A stretch of DNA of 64,000 nucleotides from Mustelus asterias. Taxonomy: Eukaryota. Below the pieces are notes generated by a model. It was not told where the DNA came from and ran no database searches. It saw nothing but the letters and a program-made list of their open reading frames with translations. The DNA lies in contig NC_135804.1 in NCBI RefSeq assembly GCF_964213995.1, positions 67,952,001 through 68,016,000 of the forward strand. Direction: 5' to 3'. Made by a program: the position numbers and the translations under genes. This document shows positions 37,157-51,319 of this stretch, piece after piece; the first letter of the stretch is position 1; every line of letters starts with the position of its first letter.

Positions 37157-37476
37157 AACAAGGCATCGAAACTGCACAGAAGATCCAAAATAGCGCAGAA
37201 TCTGCAAGCAGCCGAAGCAGATGCGCAGGTATTACAAAACAATGTTTGCAACCTGTTCAAAACTACTAATATTATTGAAAACGTGTTCAACTACTCTATG
37301 CTTATAGGATATTGATCCACTCCGTACCAGCAACGCGATTTGAAAGTGCTAATCTCAGTTTTCATGAAAGAAAGAAACTTGCTGTTTCGAATGATATTCA
37401 TCATCCAGAGAAGCAGAATAATGCACAAATTCAAACAGAGCAAAAAATCACAAGTGCGCAAGCCCACGCTGACTGA
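37157..37476 (+). pseudogene. Putative relic cytoplasmic-tail exons of a paralogous receptor
   Basis: Exon 37157-37228 (donor cag|gtatta), 79-nt intron, acceptor cttatag at 37307; the frame from 37339 reads FESANLSFHERKK..EKQNNAQIQT, an ITIM/ITSM-like scaffold lacking both Tyr; the exon phases do not join cleanly. Confidence 0.35.
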
Positions 37477-38379
37477 GGCATTGGCATGCACAAAGAGCCA
37501 GGAAACAGTTATTCTCCATGTTTTGCGCAATGCGTGGATCCGTTCTTTCTATTTGCAGTCCAAATCCCGCCCTGTGATTGAGCATTTGCTGAAACCAGTT
37601 TCTTTACCCGTCCCCCCCCCCCCACCCGCCCCGCCGCCCAACCCTCCCACACCCACGTGCTAATTGTAATGATGGGGAATATTAAAGGATTTCGATTGTC
37701 AACAACATAAAATCTAGTATATATAGATCGTTGTGATTGTTTACGTTATTTTTGCGGCAATTCCGGTTTCCCATAGTTATCCAAAGAACCCTGCGGGAAT
37801 TTCCAGACATTTCTCACCAAGTTTCGTGATCCAGATGTTTTCGTATGCGATACTCCAGAAACAATGAAGGTGTCTGCAAATAATGTTTCTGTTACTTGAC
37901 TTACAATTTCATTTCAAAATGTAAGGTTCGCACAGGGATCAGCACCGTTGTTTCACAGCGCCAGGGACCTGTGTTCAATTCCGACCTCGCGTGACAGTCT
38001 GTGTGAAGTTGATCTCGAAATAGGCCATGAAATCCAACAGATCAGGGCGGTGTGTTTAGGGACAATCTTAGTCAACAACCATCATGCCGCAATATGGTCT
38101 GAGAAAATGATTGAAAAGTACAGGGACGGGGTGGCGGGGGGCGGGGGGACGGGGGGCGGGGGGGGGGGGGGGGGGGACGTTGGAGAGAAAACACAAAGCT
38201 CCAAAATTTGCGGCAAAAGCGGGGAGGGGGACGGAAGGAAGAATGGTGCAATGGAGATGAAAATAAACTCGTGAAGTGACTCGAAGAAATGACTTACAGG
38301 CAGCGTAAAAGAAGAACAGGTGGAAATAATAGAAGTGGTTATCAACAAAACGCGGGGTAATATTTGATAATTGACGCAT

Positions 38380-40070
38380 GAATAAGAAACAATAACGAAT
38401 ACTAACCATGTAGAATCGTCGAAGAAAGTGGCACAACTGAGATGAAAGCGAACTACACACCTCAATATTTAGAGGGCGAGAGATGATGCAGCATTGGCAG
38501 GCAGGTGGCAGATCACGTTCAATGCAGTGACGTGTGAGATAATGTATGTTTGTAGGAAGAACATAGAGCAACAAAATGAAATAAGGCGTGAATATATTAA
38601 CGGGATGTAGTGCCAGAGAGACCGAGCTGAATATCGGCATAGTTCACTAGAGATGGCCGTACAGGTGGAGAGAGCAATTAAAAAGCATGGTATTCTTGGA
38701 ATGGGGGACGAAAGTAAGGACGTTATGCTGAATTTACACAAGACAGCAGTTATACCTCAGCTACAGTATTGCACACAATTGTGTATGGCGAACTACAGGA
38801 GCGACTGTAGAAGAGGATTGCAAAAGTGGTTCGAGGAATGCGAATTGTCAGTTGAAAGGATAGATTGAAGTGGTTAAGAGTTTTCTCCTTGAAGATCAAA
38901 ACGCAAGGAGAAGTTTTTAAATTAACTTACACGATATGGGCGCCGCTGCCTCGTCCGGCATTTGTTGTTCCTTCCTATTTGCGATAGAGAAGGTGGTGAG
39001 CTGCATTCTTGAACAGCTGAAATACATGTGATGAAGGTACACCCACAATGTTGATGTGGAGGAAGTTCCAGGATTTTGAACCAGAGTCACTGAAGGAGCT
39101 GAAATATATTTCCAAGTCAGGGTGGTGACTGACTTAGCGTGGGACATCCAGGTGGTGGCGTCTGCTTCCATCGTGCGTCTCCAAGGTCGGGAGCGGCTTC
39201 TCATTGGGTTACGAGGTGCTGCCGAAGGAATATTGGTTTGTTCCTGCAGTCCACCTTGTAGGTGGTGCATATGACGGTCATTGTTGATAGCGGAATTGAA
39301 TTTTGAAGTTACTAGTGGATACGGTGCCAATCAATTTTGGGGTCTGGAAGCTGTTGAACATGTTGAGTGTTGGGTAAGCAGTCATGAGCACAAGTGGCGA
39401 ATATAGCACCACACTTCGCACCGATTGCTTACAACTGAGTTACCATCTAAGTGTCAATCACATTTCTGTGGTGCCACATGTAAAGTTGGAAGTTTTTTTC
39501 TCCCTCAAGGACATTAATGAACCAGTTGGGCTTTTACGGCAATGTGCAATGGTTTGATCCCGTGGTGGGATTCGAACCTGGGACCCTAAGACATTACGGT
39601 GGATCGCTGGAGGTTACTGATGCAGCAACGAGACCACTACGGCACTAACCTCTCGACATACAAATGATCCAAATTATTAGAAGGCGGCGGTGCGGTGCGG
39701 GGTGGGGTGGGGTGGGGGGCTGATTGAGGGGGTGGGGGGATTTAGGTCTCATTGGCTGGACCGAGTATGTAGAAAAACTATTACCATGCTTAAAAAGATC
39801 AGAACGACGAGGGAGCACAGGCCTACAGTGTGATGCAAAATAAGTAAAGGTGATGTGAAAGAATGATTTTTTTGTTACACAACGACCGGTTCGGATCTGG
39901 CATGCATTAGTTGAAAATGTGTTTGATGTCGTTTCAAACAAGGCATTTAAAAGGGCATTTTATTGTTATTTTAATAGAATCAATGTGTAGGTGTCCCGCG
40001 AACAGACAAGGTCAAAATGCTTATTTGGAGGAGCGATGCATACTTCATAGGCCAATTGGCCTCCTGCTCA
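38380..40070. mobile_element. Decayed plus-strand CR1 interrupted by a minus-strand L2 tail (~38920-39420) and a SINE head (~39480-39650)
   Basis: DVMLNLHKTAVIPQLQYC CR1 motif; L2 tail motif; reverse box B gtgggattcgaacc. Confidence 0.6.
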
Positions 40071-41892
40071 GTAAGAATGCTAAACATACGGGATACAGAA
40101 TGGTGTGGAAAAAAGTAAATTACAATACAAATGTAATGTTTAATGTTAATAATGAACAAAAATAAATAAAAAAATTAACTGCAAGTTATTAACACTCCCA
40201 TAAAGGAACCTCGCTGGAAAATATGCAGTCACTTCACAGTCAATTTCCGAAATGGTAAATTATTATTTTGTTTCGGTTATTGCCATGGAAACTGCCATGT
40301 TAAAGTTGTCATTTTATTAGGAGATCTCGCATGAAGCAGCTTTCTTAGAAGCAGCAGAGAAAATCGGTAAGTTCATAAGATCTAGATAGTATAACGTTCT
40401 CTTGCGGATTAGTTATATCCAAGCTTATTAAACTAAGTAAAAGATGAGATAACTTAGTCATTGTTAAACATGGGGTGGTGGGCGGGTGGGGGGCGGGGGG
40501 GTGGTGGTGGCGTGGGGGGTGGTCGGGGGGGGGGGGTGGGGGATGGGGTGTGGGGAAGCGGAAGAACGAATTGGATGCGGGCAGGAAGTCTGTTCAAACC
40601 GGTGATAAAGCAAACATGGAGAACTCTTACGGCAATTAGACAAATTATTGTAATATCAGTTGCCAAATAGAAAGTGGGACCATTAATCAAAAACACTTCG
40701 GGAATAATGTCCTATTTGAAAACATGAAAAAATATAACACCGCTTTCTTTAATGTAAGCTCGAGGTTATCCAACATGATTGAACACTTTGAAACAGAGTC
40801 GATAAGGCCCCTCCAAAACGCTTTCAATTAACTGTTATTTGCAGACAAATGACTAAGTTCAGAAGATGTATCGCCAGGGAAAGCAGAAGGAGCAACAAAT
40901 TAGCTACGAAATACAATATGATGAAGCACGCCTGAAAAAATAGATACTCAGTCATTTTCCACGGAGATCCTTGCCAAAACAACTGTTGCTTAATATTCGA
41001 ATAAATGGTGGAACACCAGCATGAAAAATGCAACTTCGAACTTATGGAGGAGAACAATTTGTGTGTGTGAAGTGTAGTTTTGGGATTAGTAAATGCAGAA
41101 CAGCATGGCGGAAACATGGAATGTTGCGTGAATAACCACTTACAAACGGCATATTATTGGTAAACCAACATAAATATAGGCCGGTAACACGTTTTAGGCC
41201 TGTAAAAAGCTTTACAGTGATGAGTCAGAAGGCTGCGCATTGATTAAAATGTTGTATCTGTCGACGAAAAAAGGTAAAAAGTGTGCAGTTACATAGAACG
41301 TTGAAAGTAAGGACGTAGGTTTCTAAGATTATTTAGACATGATTTCAGATCTACGGAGATATAATGGAATCATCTGCATAAATTATAAATCATTGAGTAC
41401 AGCGTGAACGGTTTTGACCACGACTAAAAAAAAATTAGAACGACTGGCAAGGTTTTTTGTTAATTAGCATGGAGCCAGAATTAAGATGTCATGCTTTCAT
41501 GAAATACGGAAAAGCTTGGATCTCTGAGCAGTGGCCTGATAGATGTTCTCAAGTATTTGACAGAGTGGACTCGAACCAAAACTCATCAACAGACATGCAA
41601 GAATAAATGCATTTCGCAGAAAATGGGCTGCATAAATTAAAACGAACTTTTGGAGAAGTAAAAAAAAGATAATGTGATTAAAATCAGCACTAGGGATATT
41701 TATGGTGTTCACTCATTCAATTGGAAGTTAGACGATTTGGTAAGGGCGAAATGACAAGAAAAAGAACGGATATCACAGAGGACTGACGAAGTGTCGTTGG
41801 AGATTGTGGAATATAATTACCAATATGACTTACTGGTCCGAAGGACTCTTTCAGTGTTGTAAATATTTAGAAGGACCAGTATTGTAACTTAC

Positions 41893-41898
41893 TTTATT
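41893..41898 (-). promoter_or_regulatory. Candidate polyadenylation signal of the minus-strand receptor gene
   Basis: AATAAA on the minus strand about 210 nt past the stop codon at 42111. Confidence 0.4.
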
Positions 41899-42110
41899 TG
41901 AAGGCAGTAATGTGAAATGTACATATTCTGCATTCAAGCAAAAATACATGATAACGGAAAACGAGTACTCTGAGTATTATCGGACACTATCATATATATG
42001 AACGAGAACTATACTATTTTCATCCCAGTAACGCTAGAGTCATTCCACACGGCGAAAGTACGTTATCCGCTTAAGGATCTACCAGCAAAGTTCAGTGCTC
42101 TGATCCGAAA

Positions 42111-42284
42111 TCATTTGTATATTAAGTCCCTGCCGAAGAATGCCAAATTTCTTTCATTCGGCTCTAATTTGACTGCCGCATATTCCGTACAATTTTCCTT
42201 CTGCTTCTGCATTCCTCTCTTAGCCGTACCAATCGTATTTAGGGCTGCATACGCCAAATTGCCATTGTCGCTTCTCTCCCGGAT
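42111..42284 (-). CDS. Terminal exon of an inhibitory immune receptor (ITIM plus ITSM tail)
   Basis: Acceptor tttctatgtctacag, phase 0; IRERSDNGNLAYAALNTIGTAKRGMQKQKENCTEYAAVKLEPNERNLAFFGRDLIYK*; LAYAAL fits (I/V/L/S)xYxx(L/V) and TEYAAV fits TxYxx(V/I). Confidence 0.85.
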   Translation of the reverse strand: MRERSDNGNLAYAALNTIGTAKRGMQKQKENCTEYAAVKLEPNERNLAFFGRDLIYK

Positions 42285-43449
42285 CTGTAGACATAGAAAT
42301 ATCAAACATTTAATGACACCTTTTCAGATAGATAGTTAAAAAATACTTGGACGCGCAGCCCGATGTTCTACTACAAAATCTGACTTTGGATACCTGAGTG
42401 ATAACGACATTGAAGTAGAATTATTTTACATGTTGACACCGCCCTACACAATACGCTATAACCAGGGACCTATGAATGATTATTTTCACATTTTGTACGT
42501 AAATAAATGTATGTCAAATTGTTGTGCGTCAAGAAAGATATTGTCGTTTGGTTTCCCGCCTTCAATTTCAAGCGTATACTCGATGAACATAAACAAGTTG
42601 AGCACAGAAAGATCAGATAGCCATGTGTCTATTGGTGTATTTAAAGATGCATAATCTGAATTATTCATTCAACCTTGATGCATAGTTTTCATCTTCATTC
42701 TCGATTTCAATTAGGTACTATTCGTATTAGGAGGCAATCCCCATATGTTTAAATCGTGTTGTTGTATTATTTCGTGCATGCCTGATACACCTCATCCTTA
42801 TGAAAACGACATCTTTTACAATTTTTATCGTCTCGAAATTATTTAAAAGCATGATTCGGCTGTCTTACCACTTAGAATACTGACGCTCTTCACTCATATT
42901 TTAAAATATTTCGTAGACATTGTTCTGATCTCCAGGTTCCTGCAAAAATATGCACCGTTTCTATGCTCCAATTGGATCACGCGCATTCAATTTGCATGGC
43001 CATTCCAACATGCAGAAATAGTATGGAAACGTATTTAAATTGAGTGACCACACGATGAGGCTGGACTTTTATTTTTCCTAATAGCTTGGTACAGTGCAGC
43101 ATTCAGGTATCCTTATTCTCACATTCAACTTTTACTTAAATGATTGCACGATACTGCCACTCCATCCCGAAAGACATTCCAACAGCTTCTCCCAAATTTA
43201 TTTTGTGGTTGTGAGTTTTTGCGCCTTTTCTTTCGTCCTAACTTCATTGACATGAGCTTAGTTGAATTTCAACTAATGTGCCAGGAATGCGGTATTCCCA
43301 TGTTTGTTTTTTTTAAAATAAGCATTACTCTTTTAGAACCTGTAGAACGAAAGAAAAACTGTTGCAGAAAAGAAACGACATTCAGTCCATCATTACTGCA
43401 CCGCGAAAAAAAGAGCAGGAAAGTGCTTATTTTAAGTCAGCTGCCCAGC

Positions 43450-46400
43450 ACGATTCCGTTGCCTTACAGCACGGCAGATTCAGATCCTTGTACCTTTTAA
43501 AGCATTGTCCATTTCAGCCTGAAAAGTCAACTCGCACAGTGAATTCCAAGGTGCCAGCACCAGCTTGCTGAAAAACAGTTTCCTTCATGCCCCCTGCAAT
43601 TCTATAGTCATCACCTGAAATCGTTCCTGAGTAAATTATATATCAGCTAAGTCTTTCCTGTCTATGATATTCTGCCCTCTCGTAATTTTATACGACTGAA
43701 TTAAGTCACCGCTTGCTCTCCTTGGTTCCAAGGAAAACAGATCCAATCTACATTTTTTTCTCATTGCTTCAATGTTTATTTCCTGCAACATTCATTTAAA
43801 TATCCTTTCCATGCTATCTGGAGCCATCGTCCTCTTGGTGTATTTTGGAGACTAGAACTCTACCCAAAATTCCATCTGCGACGAAACCACTGTTTGGAAC
43901 TGTTCCAACATTTATCGACCATAGCTCATTGAAAAAATGAAAATATTCATTGGTTTCTTTGCCAATTCATCCACATGACCTGCCACTTTTAGGGACCTAT
44001 GAGCATACACCCCAAGATCTCCCACGTCCGCTACCCCTCTCAATATCCTCCCGCTTATTGAGTATCCCAATGCTTTATTTGCCCTCCACTCTTACACTGG
44101 TTGAATTCTATTCACCTATTTTCTGCCCACTCCACCTAACAATGGCTCCGTGCTTCATGAAGAACTACACGGTCAATGTTCGTGTAATCTTCGGAATGTT
44201 CAATCCTGTCTCCGCGTCAACACTCATGTAACAACCATCCAGGACCCAATATTGCGCCTTCTGGAATGCCACTGGAAGTTACGCTCCAGACGCAGGCATA
44301 TTGTTTCATCATTACAATTTTTCATTCTTGTTGAACGAATTTTTCAATCAAATGGTCACTTTTCTCCTCATGCAAGAGGGTTACTTTTCTTATTGGTCTG
44401 AAATGTAGCACCTTATCAAATGACTGCACAAATATACACTGCCTCAGAAACAACCCTTGTTCCTAGCTCAATCAATGGATTAATTTGATAAGATATAAAA
44501 GCTGTTGCCTGTCCCTTATCGATAGTTGCCTTTATAAATGATATGTCATCCTGTTTCTCATAAACTAAGTGTAATAATTTGGCAAACGCCAAATTCAGAT
44601 TGGTCTATAATTATTTGAGCAGTCCCTCAAACCTTTCCAAAATAATGGTGCAATATTCACCGACCTCCAATCATATAGTAACTCGCTTTGATGAAAATTC
44701 AACATGATCCGGCAATCCGCTTTTCCAACCCTAGGTGTTTTAACAGCTTGGGTACAATTCATCCCACCATGGTGATTTTACCATCTTCAAGTACGTCAGT
44801 CCCTCCAAAACTTGCGCTCTCATGATGCCTGTCATCTCTTCCCTTACGAACCACAAAGAGGAACTACTCATTGACAACATTGCCCATATCTTTGCATCAA
44901 CACATGTTAGCTGGTACATATTTGATAAGTGCCATCTTTGCCTCAGTAATTCTCTTGCACTCCATGTAATGGCAAAACCTCTATGTATTGTCCTGCCTTG
45001 CACGTGTCAATTTTTTTTACATTTCTTTGTTTTTCTAATTTCATCTTTTGCAACATCCGTACTATTATTCTGCTGCTTTCTGCAGTAATCCAATTTTGTG
45101 ACTGACTTTTGTTTTAATTTCCTGCTTTTGCCAGAGATTTTGCAGTGATACCATATTTGCTGCGGGGTCCTATCTATATTTTGCTCATAGAATCTAGCTT
45201 TTGAAGGTCGCCCACTAAGTTGAAGCTATTTCCCCTTCGAGATGTTGTTTCGAAAGCTCACCTTTTAGCATAGAAAATGGTGTGCTCTGCAATTTAGCAC
45301 TTTTATGTCTGTTCCGATTTGTCCTTTTCTTTAATGGCAGTATGGCGCTTTCTTGGCGTTATGGTCACTCTCGAATATATATAAATATATATATGAATAT
45401 CCAGGGCCATTTCCTTAAGCACTCTGGGATGGAGATTATTTAGCCCTGGAGCTTTATCCACGTTCAATCTCCTTAATGACCGCTCAACCATCTCTCTACT
45501 AATACTGATTACCTTCAGCTCCTCGCTCGAACTTGTTTTTCTCAAAACTTCCAGTACATTATTCATGTCTTCGTTTGTGAAGGCAGAAGCAACGTACGAA
45601 TTTAGTTCCTCACTCATTTATTTGATCCGCATTATGATTTTTTTCTGTTTCTGACTGTACATTAGTTTTGTAAATTTTTTTCTCTTTACATATCCATCGG
45701 AACTATTACAGTCAGTTTTTATGTTGCCCGGTGTCTTTCTTTAATTCTCCATTTTCCCCTTCTAAGTCAATCCCTTGGTCCTATTTGCTGAATTTTAACC
45801 TGCTCCCAATACTCAGGTCTATAACTGTTTCTTGCCAGTTTGTATGTTTCTTCTTTGAATCTAATAAAACCGCTAATTTCTCTTGCAATCCATGGTTTGG
45901 CCACAGCTCCCTTACCACTCTTGCAGCAAACAGTAACAAACAACTTCTAGGAATCATAGAAACCCTACAGTATAGAAAGAGGCCATTCGGCCCATCGAGT
46001 CTGCACCGACCGCAATCCCACCCAGGCCCTACCCCCATATCCCGAAATATTTTACCCGCTAATCCCTCTAATCTACGCATCCCAGGACACTAAGGGGCAA
46101 TTTTAGCATGGCCAATCAACCTCACCCGCACATCTTTGGACTGTGGGAGGAAACTGGAGCACCCGGACGAAACCCACGCAGACACGAGGAGAATGTGCAA
46201 ACTCCTGGAGCTCAGCTCTTCGTTCCTCAATTGTCTGTCATTGCTTGCCCACTCTCCTTTCTTTCAGTCATGCTTCCTACCCTCTCATAGCCAATTCATA
46301 TCTCATACCATCATAACTACCTTTATTGGGATTCAGAATCCAGGTCTCAGACTCAACTACATCATTATCCACCATGACAAAGAATTATATCGGTTTACTC

Positions 46401-46910
46401 ATCCTTAAGGATTTTCTCTCACAATTTCTTATATTGTTCACCTCCATATGGTGCCCCCTCAAAGTTCTCTGCTCTAAGAAGAACAATCACGCCTATCCAG
46501 CCGACCAGCAAAAACAGTCGAGCCCACGCAATCTCCAAATGATTCTCCTCTGCACATTTTCCAGCAGAATTTGAACCATCCAAATGTTTGCCGACGTTGA
46601 CGGCACACATTTCTCTTCTATGGCCTACTGAGTCTTTCATACAGCTCTCTCATATCCACCTCTTATATTCCATGCCTTGCCTGGAAAAGTCAAGCACCCC
46701 TTGTGCATTTTAACCACGTTATTTCCCTATGCTGCTGCGGTCAGGACCTATGCATATGTACCTCTGTATTTCCTAGCGTCCTGCTGTTCATTGTGTATTC
46801 TTTCCATTCCAGTCCTCCGAATTCCAGGGTTGAATTCCATTTGCGCATCTTCTGTTTATTTCACCAACCAATCTGTACCGCCCTTTAATGTGAGGCTTTC
46901 CATCTCGCCA
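43450..46910 (-). mobile_element. Several decayed CR1 fragments
   Basis: MSEELNSYVASAFTNED..VDKAPGLNNLHPRVLKE and other degenerate CR1 ORF2 motifs. Confidence 0.6.
45950..46205 (-). mobile_element. HE1-type V-SINE (5'-truncated)
   Basis: Reverse complement of 22470-22712. Confidence 0.9.
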
Positions 46911-47999
46911 TGCGAAGCTGCCAGGCTGGCACTGCCCTAGTGGCAAGCTCACTTGCCCTCAGGCTCCCGGAGATGGGGCAGGGCTCAATGGCTGTTCTAT
47001 CAGAACTATTAAAACTCCGTCCCTTATGTAACTGCTGTCAGGTTATTATTCAATATTGTTTTCAAACTCAAGTATTTCGTGCAGCTTTTCTACTTTGGCT
47101 CTGCTAAAAACTGAGGAAAATGGAAAATATAGAATGGTAAGAGAATATTCACTCTCTCCTCACCATTCTCCATTACTCAGCAAATTTATGGTAATTACTC
47201 CAGTTGCACGTCATGCAGCTGAACGTAGCCGTCATTATTTGTACTACTGAGATTCAAATGACTCCACGACTTGACAGTTACAGAACGATATTAGGCCAGT
47301 TCGATATTTATCAGATCTCACCTGCTCTCGAGAAGAGATCTTCAATTAGGTTGGTCATCGCTGCACTAGCCCAGAAGAAAACTTAACAAAAGTAAATTTA
47401 TGTTGAAATGCAAAATTGCAAACAAGTCATACTACCCTTCAAATTTCAAATTTTACTCCCTCACTCGTCAATCTCCCAATAATTATACTCAATAACAGCT
47501 GCATCCCGTTTCCTTCGAGACTTCCTTTACAAGGCTGAAAATCACAATTGCACTCGCTATTCATCATAACATTGGTTTATAAAACACAAACGCGATTGTG
47601 GTAGTTTACTCTGATCAATGTTTAGATTACGCCCACCTTTCGTGGAATTGAGAATATTATGTTCCCGCAGTGGTCTATCTGACAGAATGCATAGTTTACG
47701 AATATCCTCCACAGATATGCTTCCACTTATTTGGTGCTTCGTTCAATGCTACATTGGGAGAAATGACGAGGATTTTCCGGCCGCAGTAGCCCTGAAGCCG
47801 GAATCCTGCCCGAGGTTAATCTATCCCTCGTCCTCTCAGGTTCGCCTCCCTGGCGAAAAGGGAAATTCGCCTCAATCAAAGGAGCCAGTTTCACGGCTCA
47901 AAAAGTGGTTATTATTATTCTTAAAGTATTTTTTCCGTTGAAACAGCATTATACCCATGTGCCATACGGCAAAGGCTGTGGATCGTGACATCGTGAGCG

Positions 48000-49330
48000 C
48001 AGTATTAGTAAAGGTCTGCGCTTGACGAGTTGCACCCCGAGACAGTGTTGCAGAACATCTACAACACTGCCACCAAAAGGGCGATGTGAAAAACTGCCAT
48101 TCTTTATCTGACTATGCAGAGTTAGACAAATCCAACACAGCCAATTATCAGCCTATCTGTCTTCTCTCGATAATTAGATAAGCGATGGAAGCTGAGACCA
48201 CCAGATCTACAATTTGACACTTAGAGAGCAATGCGATGTTGAACGACGATCAGGTTTGCTTCCACCAGGGCCGCTTCGTTCTGTTCAGATTTTTTTTTAA
48301 AACTTGTGTCGGAAACGAGATTTTGGGCTGGATTCAAGAGGTAAAGCGAATAAATCCCTTGATGTCAGCGAGCTAGCATTACAGCACAGCATCGTGGCAC
48401 TTTCTAAAACTGCTATCAATGATAATTTTGTCAATCGCCGAACTTGTTTTTCTTATGCCGAACAAAACGATGATGCTTGCAGTCGTAGATGCCCAAAAAT
48501 CTCACTCCCAGGCTCTTGCATCAGGAGTTTCACAGTTGTGTGTTCCAGGTCGAACAATATTTAGCTCTATCATATCTGTGTTACAAATGTTCGTCAACGA
48601 TTACAAAATTTTCATCAACATTCGCCGTCACCAGATATTGAAGCAATCGATATACATATGCAAAAAAAGCCTGGACTACAATGATGTTCCAGCTGATAAG
48701 TGAAAAGTAACATTCACGCAATGCAAGTGACAGGCAATTATCTTATTCAACTGGAGAGAATCTAACTAGCTCCTTCATATCCAAATATGTAATTGTCGCT
48801 ATTTCATCCACTATCAACATTCTCGATGTTACCATTGAAAAACATCGCAACTTGACGAGCAATGTAAATACAATAGCGAAAAGAGAGTGTCAATATTTGG
48901 TTTGCTGCGGTGAAGAACTCACCACTTGCCTTTCAAATTATGTCCACGATTTAACCGGACAGGAATTAGGTGTACAATGGAATAACCTTCACTTTCCTGG
49001 AGCGGTATAGCTTTAAAAGCCAAGGATCTCGATATGGTTCAAGCCGAAGCAAGCTACTCGATATGGCACGCGATCTACCACCTTCGGTATTCGCTCCATC
49101 CACCAAAGGCACACTGCGCCTGCAGCGTGTGTAGGATCTATAAGTCGGACTGAAGCAACTCACCATATTTTCTTCAATACCACCTTCCCAAATACACATA
49201 TTCTACGACTGAGACGCAGAAGACATGCAATGCCATGCATTCCCATTCAAGCATCTAGCATCCTGACTCGGAACAAACTTGCCTTTCCTTCCCTGGCTCT
49301 GGGTCCAAAACATGCAACAACTTCTCTGAG
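48000..49330 (+). mobile_element. Decayed L2-like LINE
   Basis: tccaacacagccaattatcagcctatctgtcttctctcg (NTANYQPICLLS); collinear with 34765-36177. Confidence 0.65.
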
Positions 49331-49419
49331 AACACGAGTGAACTTGTTAAATATTCATCTCACGTTATTCGTAAAATTCAAATGCAAATTTGCCACAGAT
49401 TCTTAGGCATTAACAGGAA

Positions 49420-50060
49420 AGTAAGCGGTGATTAGGACCAACAAATATCTGATTGCAACGATCCCATTTTTCAGTGACTTGCCCAAAACTCTGGAGGGTA
49501 TGGCAGTGAAAGCTATTATCTACCTACTTCTTAAATATGACGGCATTTCTTCTTCAACCACCCATGCAGTGAGTTCCAAAGATGCACCACCCTGTGGTTG
49601 AACAAAATCTTCCTCATCGCTCCTGTCAGCATTCAGCGTCTTGACATAAAGCAATGGGGTTATCGACCCACTTTGAATGGCAAACCTGCCTTCATTTTAA
49701 CCCTGTCAACGTCCCTTCTAATCTCAAACACCTCAATTTGCTCCCCTCTTAAACTTTGCTTCTCCAAGTAAAACAGCCCCAGTCCATCCAACCGTTCCTC
49801 AAGTCTCAGATCAGCCAGCACTTGAAGCATGTTGGTAGATCTCCTCTGCACGCTTTCGAATCCAATCAAATACGTCCGATAATGTGATGACGAGAACTGC
49901 ACACATCATTCCAGTTGTGGCCTAACAACAGTTTCATGTAATTACTGCATGACTACCCTGCCGTTTGATTCCATACCTGTGCTACTAAACGCAAGTACCA
50001 CATATGCATACTTAACCACCCTTTTTCCTTCTCCTGTCACCTTCAGGGATCTGTGCACAT
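49420..50060 (-). mobile_element. Decayed CR1 3' fragment
   Basis: QFSSSHYRTYLIGFESVQRRSTNML..EERLDGLGLF. Confidence 0.7.
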
Positions 50061-50958
50061 GTTTATGGGGTCGGGGGTCGGGGGGGGGGGGGGGTGATTA
50101 GGCTGATAGAAAACACGTAATCATGGTTTGAGAACACTAACACAAATCTGACTTAAGAATGAATGATCTTAGACAAGAGAAAGCGCTGACAAGAGGCTGT
50201 CACTTGAAGAGAGATCTAACTGAATAACAAGTATTTCCCATTTACAACATGCGTTTTGAATACATAAAGTGGATGTAGTTTGTTCTCAGAAAACATCTTG
50301 TGAAACTTCAGCGAACAGCAAGGTACAACAGGGCTTGATGGATGAGGCAGTAGACAGATCCTGCATTTACGAGGAAAATGGTGTTACTGCATGCGGCCAC
50401 CTTATTCGCAGTTGTCGGGAACAAAACGTCTACCAATACCAGTTTGATGAATAGAACTATACAGCTCCAAACACAGGTGCAAAGAAGACATAAGGATTTT
50501 CTCAGGGTCGGACGTGTGCCAAGTGTGTTTGAGTCTTTGGGAATCATTCTACCATTTCACTGTCCAGCATCTCGTGCTGCTGAGCAACCGAGGGAGGTAA
50601 CCTCCAGAATTAAGGACCAACAAGATCCCAGGAGGTCAGGCTGTTAGTTGTTATTGGCTGGAGTCGGAGACAGGGATGGCTATTGACTGATTTGTTGGAA
50701 TGTTTACTGGATTATGCTTACGGGAAAGGTGGGAAATCTGATTTTGAAAATGTATAATTGCCCTCACGGAGGCATTGCGCTTCAGAGTTATATTGGGCTG
50801 CCCGCATTCTCTACCTGGAGTGCTGGGCTTCTTTATATCATTCTCCATTCGATCGGTTGGTTGATAAAGTCACGTCTTAGAATCAGTACATTGAGTTCGT
50901 GAGTCTCTATGTTGGCTTAATTTGTAGCAATGCACAGCCTCTAAAGAAAACCTCATCA
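50060..50958 (+). repeat. ERV 5' LTR
   Basis: Collinear with 55837-56772 (catggtttgagaacactaacac..gaatgatcttagac..gaaagcgctgacaagag); ends CATCA. Confidence 0.8.
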
Positions 50959-51319
50959 ATTATTTGGCGCTGCCCACCGGCTGCCTTCATTGGCATAAGT
51001 TGGCAGGACTCGACTCCTAAGTGAGGGTGAGTATATTTTTATATTTGTTAGAGGAGTCCTTTTCAGGCCGTCAGGACCATAAGCTGACTCACGCGAATCG
51101 ACGTGAGGGTGTGTGGACCACAGTGTTACTGCAGAGTAAACCGCGCTCAGAGGAGGGGGGGAGGGGTGTGGATGGACAAAAGCTACCGCTCTCCATAGCG
51201 GACTGAAAAGGCATGCGGTAGGGCAGACGTGAGGACTTGAGGGCATTCAATACGAAGGACCGCGGTGAAAAATACCTCGATCACTTAGCCAGCAGGGCCA
51301 GAGAGAGCTGCACCCAAGG

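Noticed and set aside
40824-41117. Minus ORF with a long hydrophobic C-terminal stretch
   Set aside because: Downstream of the receptor stop and polyA signal, no convincing splice sites, and explained by a purine-rich opposite strand
47322-47365. Minus-strand exon candidate with a cag|gtgaga donor inside the receptor intron
   Set aside because: Its only open frame is phase 2 to 1, incompatible with the phase-0 junction, and it is not needed for the gene model
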